Below, piece after piece: positions 17,334 through 24,977 of a stretch of 38,087 bases of DNA. This stretch comes from Candidatus Atribacteria bacterium (GTDB lineage Bacteria; Bacillota; Clostridia; Caldicoprobacterales; UBA3941): positions 1,979 through 40,065 of the forward strand of contig JAWLDD010000001.1 of NCBI GenBank assembly GCA_041686815.1, in the 5' to 3' direction. Every line of letters begins with the position of its first letter. Within the stretch, counting starts at the first letter, position 1. The notes beneath the pieces were generated by a model. The model was not told the DNA's origin, did no database searches, and saw only the letters and a list, made by a program, of their open reading frames with translations. A program made the position numbers and the translations under genes.

Positions 17334-18740
17334 ATGAAAGCTGTGATTGTGGGGGCAGGAAAGCTAGGCTATAAACTGGCAGAGTTAATGCTAAACGAAG
17401 ATATTGAAGTAACCTTAGTAGATACCAATCCAAAGACTATAGAGAAAGTTAATGACCATTTGGATGTACTAACAGTTAATGCAAATGGTTTGGAGTTAGA
17501 GATATTAAAGGAGTTGGGCATAAAAAGCTATGATCTGCTCATAGCTGCAACCGGAAGTGATGAAACCAACGTTATAATATGCAGTGTTGCTAAAAAGTTG
17601 GGATGTAAAAAAACTATTGCTAGGGTAAGAAATCCCGAATACCTTCATCAATTTGACTTTATAAAGTCTGAGATGGGGATAGACCATATTGTAAATCCTG
17701 AGTTGGCTACAGCCAATGAGATGGCTCGTTATCTATTAAAAAGCTATAGCTTCAACAATGGCGAATTCGCCAAAGGAAGAGTATCCATGGTTGACTTCCA
17801 TATAAACAGTATGAAAGATCTTATTGGTAAGAAGCTAGCTGAGTTGGATGATTTTGATGAGCTGTTGGTAGTAGCCATATCCAGGAATGGTAATATAATT
17901 ATCCCCCATGGTGGTACGCAGCTAGAAGAAGATGATGTAATCTATGTTATAGGTGAAAGCAAGAATATTAATAATTTAGCTGCTAGATTTAAACTTAATA
18001 TGGATAAAAAGCACATTAAGAGGGTTATGATTTTAGGAGGGGGAAAGATAAGCCATTATTTGGCTGAGCAGCTACTTCAAGCCAATATAAGGATAACCAT
18101 ATTTGAGCAGAACGAAGAAAGGTGCAGATATCTATCGGAAAAGCTGAATAATGTTTTGATCATTAACGGCGATGGCACCGATATAAACCTTCTAGAAGAA
18201 GAGGACTTGTCATCCATGGATGCTTTTATTGGTGCTACTGGATACGATGAGCAGAATCTATTAATGTCCCTTATGGCTAAGCAATACGGAGTAAAAAAGG
18301 TTATATCCAAGATAAGCAGACCTAGCTATGTGCATCTGATTGAAAAGTTGGGCATAGATTTTGCTTTAGATCCTACAAATATTATAGCAGGAGATATACT
18401 AAAGTTTATTCGTGGAGGTAAGGTGATTTCTGTTTCTCTCCTTCTTGGTGAACAGGCGGAAGTAACTGAGGTAATTGTGGATGGAGACACAAATGCAGTA
18501 GGGAAACCCATATCGGAATTAGGCTTACCCAAGGGAATAATTATTGGTGCAATAGTTAGGGACAGAAAGGTTATAATACCCAATGGAAGAACTGTTATTT
18601 ATCCCAAGGATAGACTAGTTATATTTTGTTTAGCATCCAATGCACCTCACTTGAAAACATTTATGAAGTCGAGCAAAGGAGGGGCGAAGGATGAACTACA
18701 GAATTATAATCAAGGTATTAGGAAGTTTATTGGTTTTTGA
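17334..18740 (+). CDS. trkA: Trk/Ktr potassium uptake system NAD-binding subunit (two RCK tandem)
   Basis: It has two Rossmann GxGxxG segments (VIVGAGKLG, ILGGGKISH), each followed by an RCK_C domain. The 3' end overlaps trkH by 50 nt. Confidence 0.9.
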   Translation: MKAVIVGAGKLGYKLAELMLNEDIEVTLVDTNPKTIEKVNDHLDVLTVNANGLELEILKELGIKSYDLLIAATGSDETNVIICSVAKKLGCKKTIARVRNPEYLHQFDFIKSEMGIDHIVNPELATANEMARYLLKSYSFNNGEFAKGRVSMVDFHINSMKDLIGKKLAELDDFDELLVVAISRNGNIIIPHGGTQLEEDDVIYVIGESKNINNLAARFKLNMDKKHIKRVMILGGGKISHYLAEQLLQANIRITIFEQNEERCRYLSEKLNNVLIINGDGTDINLLEEEDLSSMDAFIGATGYDEQNLLMSLMAKQYGVKKVISKISRPSYVHLIEKLGIDFALDPTNIIAGDILKFIRGGKVISVSLLLGEQAEVTEVIVDGDTNAVGKPISELGLPKGIIIGAIVRDRKVIIPNGRTVIYPKDRLVIFCLASNAPHLKTFMKSSKGGAKDELQNYNQGIRKFIGF

Positions 18741-20145
18741 AGGACTGTTAATGATACCTTCACTTCTTGTTTCCGTTTTTTATGGGCAGAATGATACCTT
18801 TGCCTTTTTAGTTTCTATTGCACTAATGGTGGCTATTGGATTTATTATGTCTAGGGCTAATAGCTCCTATAAGCAAATAAAGGCTAAGGAAGCTCTAGCT
18901 ATAGTATCTACTGGGTGGATACTAGCTTCTTTTTTTGGATCCCTTCCCTTTGTAATTTCGGGAAGTATCCCTTCTTTTGTTGATGCTTTTTTTGAAACCA
19001 TCTCAGGGATAACAACTACAGGCTCTACGGTGATTGAGGATATCGAGGTTTTACCCAAAGGCATTCTATTTTGGCGTTCCTTTACTAATTGGATAGGAGG
19101 AATGGGAATACTGGTTTTTACTGTAGCTATCCTACCGACCATGGGTATCGGTGGGTTCCAGATATTTAAAGCGGAAAGCCCGGGACCAATAGCCGATAAA
19201 ATAGTTCCAAGGGTTAAGGATACGGCCAAGATTCTGTATATAACCTATTTTTCCATTACCATCTTACAGATCATTCTCCTTGTTGCTGGAGGTATGAGTC
19301 TGTACGAATCCGCGGTGCATACCTTTGGAACGGTGGGAACAGGCGGATTTTCTACTCGAAATGCTAGTATAGGCGCTTATAACAGTACCTATATCCATGT
19401 AATAATTACTGTATTTATGGTATTGTCGGGAGCTAATTTTTCCCTATATTATGCGCTGTATAAGGGTAAGTGGAGGGATGTAATAAAAAATGAAGAGCTA
19501 AGACTATACTTGGGAATAGTTTTTGTTTCAAGTATATTGATAGGTCTCAACATATTCTTTGGAACCGATGGATATAAGAACATTGGTATTGCGTTTAAAG
19601 ATTCTTTTTTTCAAGTAGGTTCAATTATAACCACAACTGGTTATGCTACCACCGATTTTGATCTTTGGCCGGTTTTTAGCAAGATGATATTATTGTTCCT
19701 TATGTTTATTGGAGGATGTGCTGGCTCAACAAGTGGTTCCGTTAAGAGTATCCGTATCCTGGTACTAGCCAAGCTTGTAAAAAGGCAGGTAGCCAAAACC
19801 TTTCATCACAATGCCTATCTACCCATCAAAGTAGATGGCAAGGTAATGAATGATGATGATGTTACTGGTATAGCAAGCTTTTTAGTTCTATATATCATTA
19901 TGTTTGTGTTAGGGGTTCTCGCGATTTCTTTGGAAGGTCTAGATATAGTTAGCACCATAAGTGCGGTAGCTACTAGTATAGGCAATGTAGGACCTGGGTT
20001 TGGGTTAGTAGGTCCAGTTCAAAACTTCAGCGGATTTAGTCCCTACAGTAAAATAATATTGTCACTGCTCATGTTAATGGGCAGGCTTGAGCTATTTACC
20101 ATTATTGCTCTAATATCCCCAAAATCATGGAAGAATGAGATCTGA
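18691..20145 (+). CDS. trkH: Trk/Ktr potassium uptake system membrane subunit
   Basis: It is a polytopic membrane protein with the repeated pore-loop motifs of TrkH/KtrB (TTTGST, GTVGTGGFS, TTTGYAT, GGCAGSTSG). The RBS is GGAGG. Confidence 0.9.
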   Translation: MNYRIIIKVLGSLLVFEGLLMIPSLLVSVFYGQNDTFAFLVSIALMVAIGFIMSRANSSYKQIKAKEALAIVSTGWILASFFGSLPFVISGSIPSFVDAFFETISGITTTGSTVIEDIEVLPKGILFWRSFTNWIGGMGILVFTVAILPTMGIGGFQIFKAESPGPIADKIVPRVKDTAKILYITYFSITILQIILLVAGGMSLYESAVHTFGTVGTGGFSTRNASIGAYNSTYIHVIITVFMVLSGANFSLYYALYKGKWRDVIKNEELRLYLGIVFVSSILIGLNIFFGTDGYKNIGIAFKDSFFQVGSIITTTGYATTDFDLWPVFSKMILLFLMFIGGCAGSTSGSVKSIRILVLAKLVKRQVAKTFHHNAYLPIKVDGKVMNDDDVTGIASFLVLYIIMFVLGVLAISLEGLDIVSTISAVATSIGNVGPGFGLVGPVQNFSGFSPYSKIILSLLMLMGRLELFTIIALISPKSWKNEI

Positions 20146-20185
20146 GACAGGGGGAGACATGGGGACGTTTCTTCTGTCGCTTTTT
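20145..20185 (+). repeat. REP-like unit copy 2 (left boundary of the island), with one extra 5'-arm iteration; terminator-like
   Basis: The region reads AGACAGGGGG-AGACATGGGG. The 23-nt unit GACATGGGGACGTTTCTTCTGTC (20156-20178) is followed by GCTTTTT. Confidence 0.8.
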
Positions 20186-20204
20186 CATAGGATTGGAGGT
20201 GTTT

Positions 20205-20894
20205 ATGATTAGTCCAGGAACAGTTATATCATATTTAGAGATGTGTACTACTGAAGGAGTCAACCTACAAAGAGGTATGAATTTTCGCCTACGTGGTAAA
20301 TCAAGTATACTTCTGATGAGTTTAAGACCTGGATCGCCTTATGCAGATAGGATAGAAGAGGAGGGGAGAGTCTTAATATATGAGGGACACGATATTCCAA
20401 ATAAAAAAGGAGGCCCTGATCCAAAGACTGTTAATCAAGAGTTGCACAATAGTAGTGGTTCACTAACTCAAAACGGATTATTTTATAAAGCAGCCATTGA
20501 CTATAAGAAAGGAATATGTCCTCCTGAGTATGTGAAGGTGTATGAAAAGATAAGGTCAGGTATATGGGTATATAATGGGATATTTAAACTGGTTGATGCA
20601 TGGGAAGAAGAAAGTAATTATAGAAAAGTTTTTAAGTTTAAATTAGAATTGGTTGATGAAATAGAGAATAGTAGCCAAGAAGAACATCTAGCTCATGGAA
20701 GGGTCATACCAACTTCAGTAAAGCTAGAGGTGTGGAGAAGGGATAAGGGAAGATGTACCATATGCGGAAGTAAAGAGAATTTACACTTTGACCATATAAT
20801 TCCTTATTCTAAAGGAGGATCATCATTAGTTGCACAGAATATTCAACTATTGTGCGCAAAGCACAATTTAATGAAACATGATAAAATACAATAG
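20205..20894 (+). CDS. HNH endonuclease with a PUA-superfamily (SRA/YDG- or EVE-like) N-terminal domain; putative modification-dependent (Type IV) restriction enzyme
   Basis: The C-terminus has an HNH core (CTICGSKENLHFDHIIPYSKGGSSLVAQNIQLLCAKHNLMKH). The N-terminal ~150 aa follow the SRA-like pattern (G..f....GV......GM......SIL.S....Y.D......L.Y.G.D ... WVYNGIFKLVDAWEE). The ATG at 20205 follows GGAGG. Confidence 0.75.
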   Translation: MISPGTVISYLEMCTTEGVNLQRGMNFRLRGKSSILLMSLRPGSPYADRIEEEGRVLIYEGHDIPNKKGGPDPKTVNQELHNSSGSLTQNGLFYKAAIDYKKGICPPEYVKVYEKIRSGIWVYNGIFKLVDAWEEESNYRKVFKFKLELVDEIENSSQEEHLAHGRVIPTSVKLEVWRRDKGRCTICGSKENLHFDHIIPYSKGGSSLVAQNIQLLCAKHNLMKHDKIQ

Positions 20895-20985
20895 AAAAGA
20901 TATAAATTTATTACATAGTGATAAGATAGACTAGTCTCCTATATCTGTGGTAATTCCAATAATATACCGAAATGGGGGTATAAAA

Positions 20986-21747
20986 TTGGCTAGACAAGCT
21001 AGGCAAAGAAGTTCTACAGGAATTTATCATATTATGTTAAGAGGTATAGACAAAAGAGATATATTCCTGGATAACCAAGATAGAAGAAAATTCATTGAAA
21101 GTCTATTTAAAGCAAGAGAAGCTGGAGGATTTAAAATATATGGGTACTGTCTTATGGACAACCATGTGCACATGTTATTACAAGAAGATGAAGTAATTGG
21201 TACAAGTATGAAGAGAATTACAGTTAGATATGTTTGGTGGCATAACGATAAATATGAAAGAACCGGACATTTATTTCAAAACAGATTCTCAAGCGAGCCT
21301 GTTGAAACAGACAATTATTTCTTAACAGTCCTAAGATATATTCATCAAAATCCTTTAAAGGCAAGATTAGTAAACCGTTTAGAAGATTATGAATGGAGTA
21401 GTTATAACCAATATTTGTTAGCCTATCAAGGATTTAGTTCTCCGATTGATTTTCATATAATAAAAAATTATTTTACAACACTTGATGATTTTTGTCAGTA
21501 TATGAATGCTAGTAATGATGATGAGTGTTTAGAATATAAGCCAATAAATAAGACCAGTGATAGTGCATTAAGGAATCGAATCAATGAAATATACAATATT
21601 GATGATTTGTCCACATTGACCAAAAAAGATCGAAATGAAATTATTAGGAAAATATATCATGAATCTAACACAAGTATAAGACAGTTAAGTAGAGTATTAG
21701 GAATAAGTAAAGCAATTATTGAGAGGGTAGTTAAACAAGACAGATGA
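20986..21747 (+). CDS. RAYT-like Y1 (HUH) tyrosine transposase, IS200/Transposase_17 fold, with a C-terminal HTH (DnaA domain IV-like)
   Basis: It has an HUH motif (NHVHMLL) and a catalytic Tyr motif (LRYIHQNPLKARLV). The C-terminus IRQLSRVLGISKAIIERVV is an HTH. The TTG start at 20986 gives the typical MARQARQ... N-terminus after GGGGG. Confidence 0.8.
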   Translation: MARQARQRSSTGIYHIMLRGIDKRDIFLDNQDRRKFIESLFKAREAGGFKIYGYCLMDNHVHMLLQEDEVIGTSMKRITVRYVWWHNDKYERTGHLFQNRFSSEPVETDNYFLTVLRYIHQNPLKARLVNRLEDYEWSSYNQYLLAYQGFSSPIDFHIIKNYFTTLDDFCQYMNASNDDECLEYKPINKTSDSALRNRINEIYNIDDLSTLTKKDRNEIIRKIYHESNTSIRQLSRVLGISKAIIERVVKQDR

Positions 21748-21761
21748 AACGTCCCCTTGTC
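21739..21761 (-). repeat. REP-like unit copy 3 (inverted, right boundary), overlapping the last codons and stop of the Y1 transposase
   Basis: The minus strand reads GACAAGGGGACGTTTCATCTGTC. It matches copies 1 and 2 at 19 and 21 of 23 positions, and all three units share 18 invariant positions. Confidence 0.8.
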
Positions 21762-21831
21762 AGGATTTATGGAAAGGAGGAGAGGCGTATTTGTCGGTTT
21801 TGTGTTCATGACCGCAGACGCCTAATTCTTA

Positions 21832-22224
21832 ATGGAATGGTTTAAAAGGTTTATGAAAGGAAGGTATGGGGGAGATCAACTTACTATGACTCTCCTTGCA
21901 TTATCCATATTATTGACTTTGATAGGTCAATTAGCGAGAATTCCATTGCTCATGTTAATCGGCTACATACCTTTAGGCATTGGGATTTTTAGAACTTTTT
22001 CAAAAAATATAACTAAGAGAAGCATGGAAAACTATAAATTTGCTATGTTAATGAGCCCTGTATACGTAAGGTATAGAAGTATCCGCCGTCGCATAAATGA
22101 TATAAAGACTCATAAACATTTCAGATGCTTCAATTGTGAGACTAATTTAAGAGTACCTAAAGGCAAGGGAAAAATACTGGTGACCTGTCCCAAATGTAAA
22201 GCAAAATTTCATAAAAAGACATGA
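21832..22224 (+). CDS. Small membrane protein with a C-terminal zinc ribbon (function unknown)
   Basis: It has two predicted TM helices followed by CFNC...CPKC. The N-terminus FKRFMKGRYGGDQL resembles a family common in Clostridia. There is no clear SD. Confidence 0.6.
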   Translation: MEWFKRFMKGRYGGDQLTMTLLALSILLTLIGQLARIPLLMLIGYIPLGIGIFRTFSKNITKRSMENYKFAMLMSPVYVRYRSIRRRINDIKTHKHFRCFNCETNLRVPKGKGKILVTCPKCKAKFHKKT

Positions 22225-22231
22225 CATATAT

Positions 22232-22258
22232 ACGGGCGTAATATAGCCTGTCTTTTTT
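22232..22258 (+). terminator. Weak candidate terminator after the zinc-ribbon gene
   Basis: ACGGGC...GCCTGT forms a short stem with one G-U pair, followed by CTTTTTT. Confidence 0.35.
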
Positions 22259-22267
22259 ATGATGTTA

Positions 22268-22295
22268 TTGACATATGACCATAACGTGATATAAT
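22268..22295 (+). promoter_or_regulatory. Near-consensus extended -10 sigma-A promoter of the DUF5320-DUF134 pair
   Basis: TTGACA (22268-22273) is followed by a 16-nt spacer and TGATATAAT (TATAAT at 22290-22295). The direct repeat CATATGACCATAAC occurs at 22272-22285 and again at 22310-22323. Confidence 0.7.
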
Positions 22296-22344
22296 TAAAG
22301 TGTAATGGGCATATGACCATAACTCTAAGGAAGGAGGTGCAGTT

Positions 22345-22626
22345 ATGCCAAGAATGGACGGAACAGGACCTATGGGACAGGGACCAATGACTGGCAGAGG
22401 TTTTGGAGGTTGCTATGGTGCACATCCAGTTAGGTATGGACATAGATTAGGGCTAGGCTTTAGACGAGGATTTACAAGAAGACCAGGCAGAATGTTTAGA
22501 AAGGATTTCTATTATTGTACAGCTAATTCTAAGTCGAGAAGAGAATTACTGGAGGAACAAAGAAGGATTCTAGAGAGGGAACTGGACATTATAAATGAAG
22601 AGCTGGATAACTTAAACGAGGAATAA
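22345..22626 (+). CDS. DUF5320-family protein
   Basis: MPRMDGTGPMGQGPMTGRGFGGCYG is the hallmark Gly-rich N-terminus. The C-terminus is a coiled coil. The RBS is GGAGG. Confidence 0.7.
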   Translation: MPRMDGTGPMGQGPMTGRGFGGCYGAHPVRYGHRLGLGFRRGFTRRPGRMFRKDFYYCTANSKSRRELLEEQRRILERELDIINEELDNLNEE

Positions 22627-22653
22627 ATCTGCAGGGGATACCCCTGCGGATTT
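22625..22653 (+). other. Strong intercistronic hairpin without a T-tract
   Basis: AAATCTGCAGGGG-ATA-CCCCTGCGGATTT forms a 13-bp stem containing one mismatch. It lies between DUF5320 and DUF134. Confidence 0.6.
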
Positions 22654-22676
22654 ATGGGGAATGAGGTGTATAAGAT

Positions 22677-23036
22677 ATGGCAAGGCCAAGAAAATGGAGA
22701 AGAGTTTGTTGTATGCCTGAAAAAACAATTTTTGGACCCCTTGATATAAACAATACAAAAAATAAGATTATAATGACGGTGGATGAATACGAGGCCATTC
22801 GTCTTATAGATTATGAAGGTATGACTCAAGAAGAATGCGCTGGCAGTATGGCTGTAGCTAGAACCACAGTTCAGAGAATATATAGCAATGCACGGATGAA
22901 ACTTGCCCAAGCTCTGGTAGAAGGAAAAGTATTGAGGATTGAAGGCGGAGATTATGAGTTATATGGTGAAATGGAGCCAAGGCATGGACGTGGATCATGT
23001 CACCGACATAGGAGAGGCCCAAAAAATAGATGGTAA
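22677..23036 (+). CDS. DUF134 (UPF0251) predicted DNA-binding protein
   Basis: It has the [15 protein letters not shown]... N-terminus and a sigma-70 region-4-like HTH ([42 protein letters not shown]). Confidence 0.75.
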   Translation: MARPRKWRRVCCMPEKTIFGPLDINNTKNKIIMTVDEYEAIRLIDYEGMTQEECAGSMAVARTTVQRIYSNARMKLAQALVEGKVLRIEGGDYELYGEMEPRHGRGSCHRHRRGPKNRW

Positions 23037-23196
23037 GAGGGCAATCATATGAAGATTTATGCGATTCCGGCAAAATTGTTGTAGAACAGCTTCATAGATT
23101 TACTCATGAATTTATAAATAAATGGTTAGAAGCATAGAAGTCATGATGCCGGTTAACTAATGTCTGATATTAATTATACAAGGGGGATGGATAGCT

Positions 23197-23844
23197 ATGA
23201 AAAAACCGCAAGAATACTTAAAGGATCTAATTAATCGGTACCCTATCTTGGATGAATGCCGAAATGATATAGAGGGTGCATATGAGATGATGGCTACATG
23301 TTATAGACAAAAGGGTAAACTTCTAATAGCAGGCAATGGAGGTAGCAGCGCTGATTCAGGACATATAGTAGGGGAATTGATGAAAGGCTTTTTGAGTAAG
23401 CGCTCTCTTTCTGAGGAGATACAGCAAAGACTAATAGAATCCCATAGAGAAATGGGCGAGATAATGGCCAAGAATCTTCAAGGAGCCCTGCCAGCCATTG
23501 ATCTAACAGCTCACGGACCTTTGATAACAGCTTTTAGCAATGATATAGACGGGGATTTAATATATGCACAGCAGATAATTGGCTATGGCCAGCCTGGTGA
23601 TATATTTTTAGGTATTAGCACATCTGGGAATGCCAAAAACATTTTATATGGACTCTATGCAGCAAAGGCTATGGGTCTAAATACCATTGGTTTGACGGGC
23701 AGAACTTGTGGGAAGATGAAAGATGTGTGTGATATTACCATAAAGGCACCAGCTGATACCACACCAGAAATCCAAGAATTACACCTACCCATATATCATA
23801 CCCTTTGTGCTATGCTGGAGTCATATTTTTTTAGAGAAACTTAA
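23197..23844 (+). CDS. SIS-domain protein (GmhA/DiaA-like phosphoheptose isomerase family)
   Basis: GKLLIAGNGGSSADSGH, GISTSGNAKN, IGLTGRTCGKM and IQELHL parallel GmhA motifs. Confidence 0.8.
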   Translation: MKKPQEYLKDLINRYPILDECRNDIEGAYEMMATCYRQKGKLLIAGNGGSSADSGHIVGELMKGFLSKRSLSEEIQQRLIESHREMGEIMAKNLQGALPAIDLTAHGPLITAFSNDIDGDLIYAQQIIGYGQPGDIFLGISTSGNAKNILYGLYAAKAMGLNTIGLTGRTCGKMKDVCDITIKAPADTTPEIQELHLPIYHTLCAMLESYFFRET

Positions 23845-23860
23845 TATAATAAGGTTAGTA

Positions 23861-24835
23861 TTACATCTCAGGAGTTGGAAATTTTATAGATCTTGAAATG
23901 CCATCGTATCCTAAAATTGTTTTCAAAAAAGTATTCTTAGCATTATTAATATACAACTCTGGTTTATCCATAGCAGGACTAAAATGGGTAAGCCAGAGTT
24001 CTTTTACACCCCCTATAGATGCTAGTTGAGCAGCTTCAGCAAAGGTCATATGTTTGTTTTTTATAGCCTTTTCTAAATCCCTATCATCTCCATAAGTGCC
24101 TTCGCATACAAAAACATCGCTTTCATAGATAAACTCGGGTATTAAGTTAGTTGGCCGCGTATCGGTTATGTAGGTTAACTTTATACCTTTCCTTTCTTCA
24201 CCTAATATCATACTGGGTACAAAGGTACGATTACCATCGGTTACGGTCTCGCCATTTTGGAGCCTATTCCAATACTTTTTAGGGATGTTCATATAAATGG
24301 CTTTTTCCGGATAGAACTTTGGCTTTCTGGGGACATAAAAACTATAGCCTAGGCAGGGCGCGGAGTGATCAAGCTCCAAGGTGGAAAGTATCAATCCTGA
24401 GTTATCCGGACTTCTATCTGTATTTTGACTGATTACAAGACCATGAGGGGAGATATCCAGATATAAAGTAATCTTCTGTAGTTCCAATATATCTATTTCA
24501 AAGGGAAGATAGGGTATTGCTGCCGTCATGCCCTCTATTATCTTTCTTATACCGATAGGACCAATAATGGTTATAGGATCAGCTCGGTGACTGTTGCCAA
24601 TGGTGGACAACAGTCCAGGCAATCCAAATATATGATCTCCATGGACATGGGTTAAGCATATTATATCCAGAGACTTGAATCCCGATTTATTTTTCCTCAT
24701 GGATACTTGTGTTCCCTCACCACAATCGATAAGGATTTTTCTGGATTGGTAGTTAATAATCATGGATGAAAGGAATCTATCGGGCATTGGCATGCCTCCA
24801 CCGGTGCCCAACAAGGTTATATTCAACACATTCAT
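23861..24835 (-). CDS. rnz: Ribonuclease Z (metallo-beta-lactamase fold)
   Basis: It has LLGTGGGMP, the HVHGDHIFGLPGLL motif and a C-terminal LTHFS. I chose the ATG at 24835, after GAGAGGA, not the 24913 extension. Confidence 0.85.
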   Translation of the reverse strand: MNVLNITLLGTGGGMPMPDRFLSSMIINYQSRKILIDCGEGTQVSMRKNKSGFKSLDIICLTHVHGDHIFGLPGLLSTIGNSHRADPITIIGPIGIRKIIEGMTAAIPYLPFEIDILELQKITLYLDISPHGLVISQNTDRSPDNSGLILSTLELDHSAPCLGYSFYVPRKPKFYPEKAIYMNIPKKYWNRLQNGETVTDGNRTFVPSMILGEERKGIKLTYITDTRPTNLIPEFIYESDVFVCEGTYGDDRDLEKAIKNKHMTFAEAAQLASIGGVKELWLTHFSPAMDKPELYINNAKNTFLKTILGYDGISRSIKFPTPEM

Positions 24836-24977
24836 TTTCCTCTCTTTTATTAAGGTAAAATTATATATAAAAGTATAATGATTATTATTGTTCTTGTAAA
24901 ATATTATAATCATAGGTACAATAAAATGGACATATATTCAATGATAGATAAAAATCATATACATTTTGAGGTGAAAT

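Larger units (their letters stand above)
20145..21761 (+). mobile_element. REP/RAYT-like island: HNH nuclease gene plus Y1 transposase gene bracketed by inverted 23-nt palindromic units
   Basis: Inverted copies of GACAnGGGGACGTTTCnnyTGTC sit at 20156-20178 (+) and 21739-21761 (-). The interior is visibly more AT-rich than the flanks and lies between the housekeeping gene trkH and an unrelated small gene. Confidence 0.65.

Noticed and set aside
113-19229. Numerous 60-126-aa ORFs antisense to or overlapping large genes (for example 113-316, 620-880, 1039-1266, 2438-2773, 7663-7917, 12553-12933, 18867-19229)
   Set aside because: Each is fully embedded in, and out of frame with or antisense to, a gene with strong family motifs. 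None has a recognisable domain or a convincing RBS.
20928-20937. 10-bp palindrome AGACTAGTCT between the HNH and transposase genes
   Set aside because: It is too short to distinguish from chance in AT-rich DNA, and it has no second copy and no flanking structure.
21769-21825. 18-codon ORF (MERRRGVFVGFVFMTADA*) whose codons 3-5 contain a strong SD-like AAAGGAGGAG string, lying just outside the right REP unit
   Set aside because: The SD-like string lies inside the ORF rather than upstream of a start. There is no conservation evidence available. It could be a remnant of whatever the island displaced, but that cannot be supported from this window alone.
22147-22910. Minus-strand ORFs 22147-22443 (98 aa) and 22512-22910 (132 aa) from the ORF track
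   Set aside because: They lie antisense to the well-supported DUF5320 and DUF134 genes and their promoter. They have no SD, they are low-complexity with odd composition, and I recognise no motifs. I treat them as shadow ORFs.
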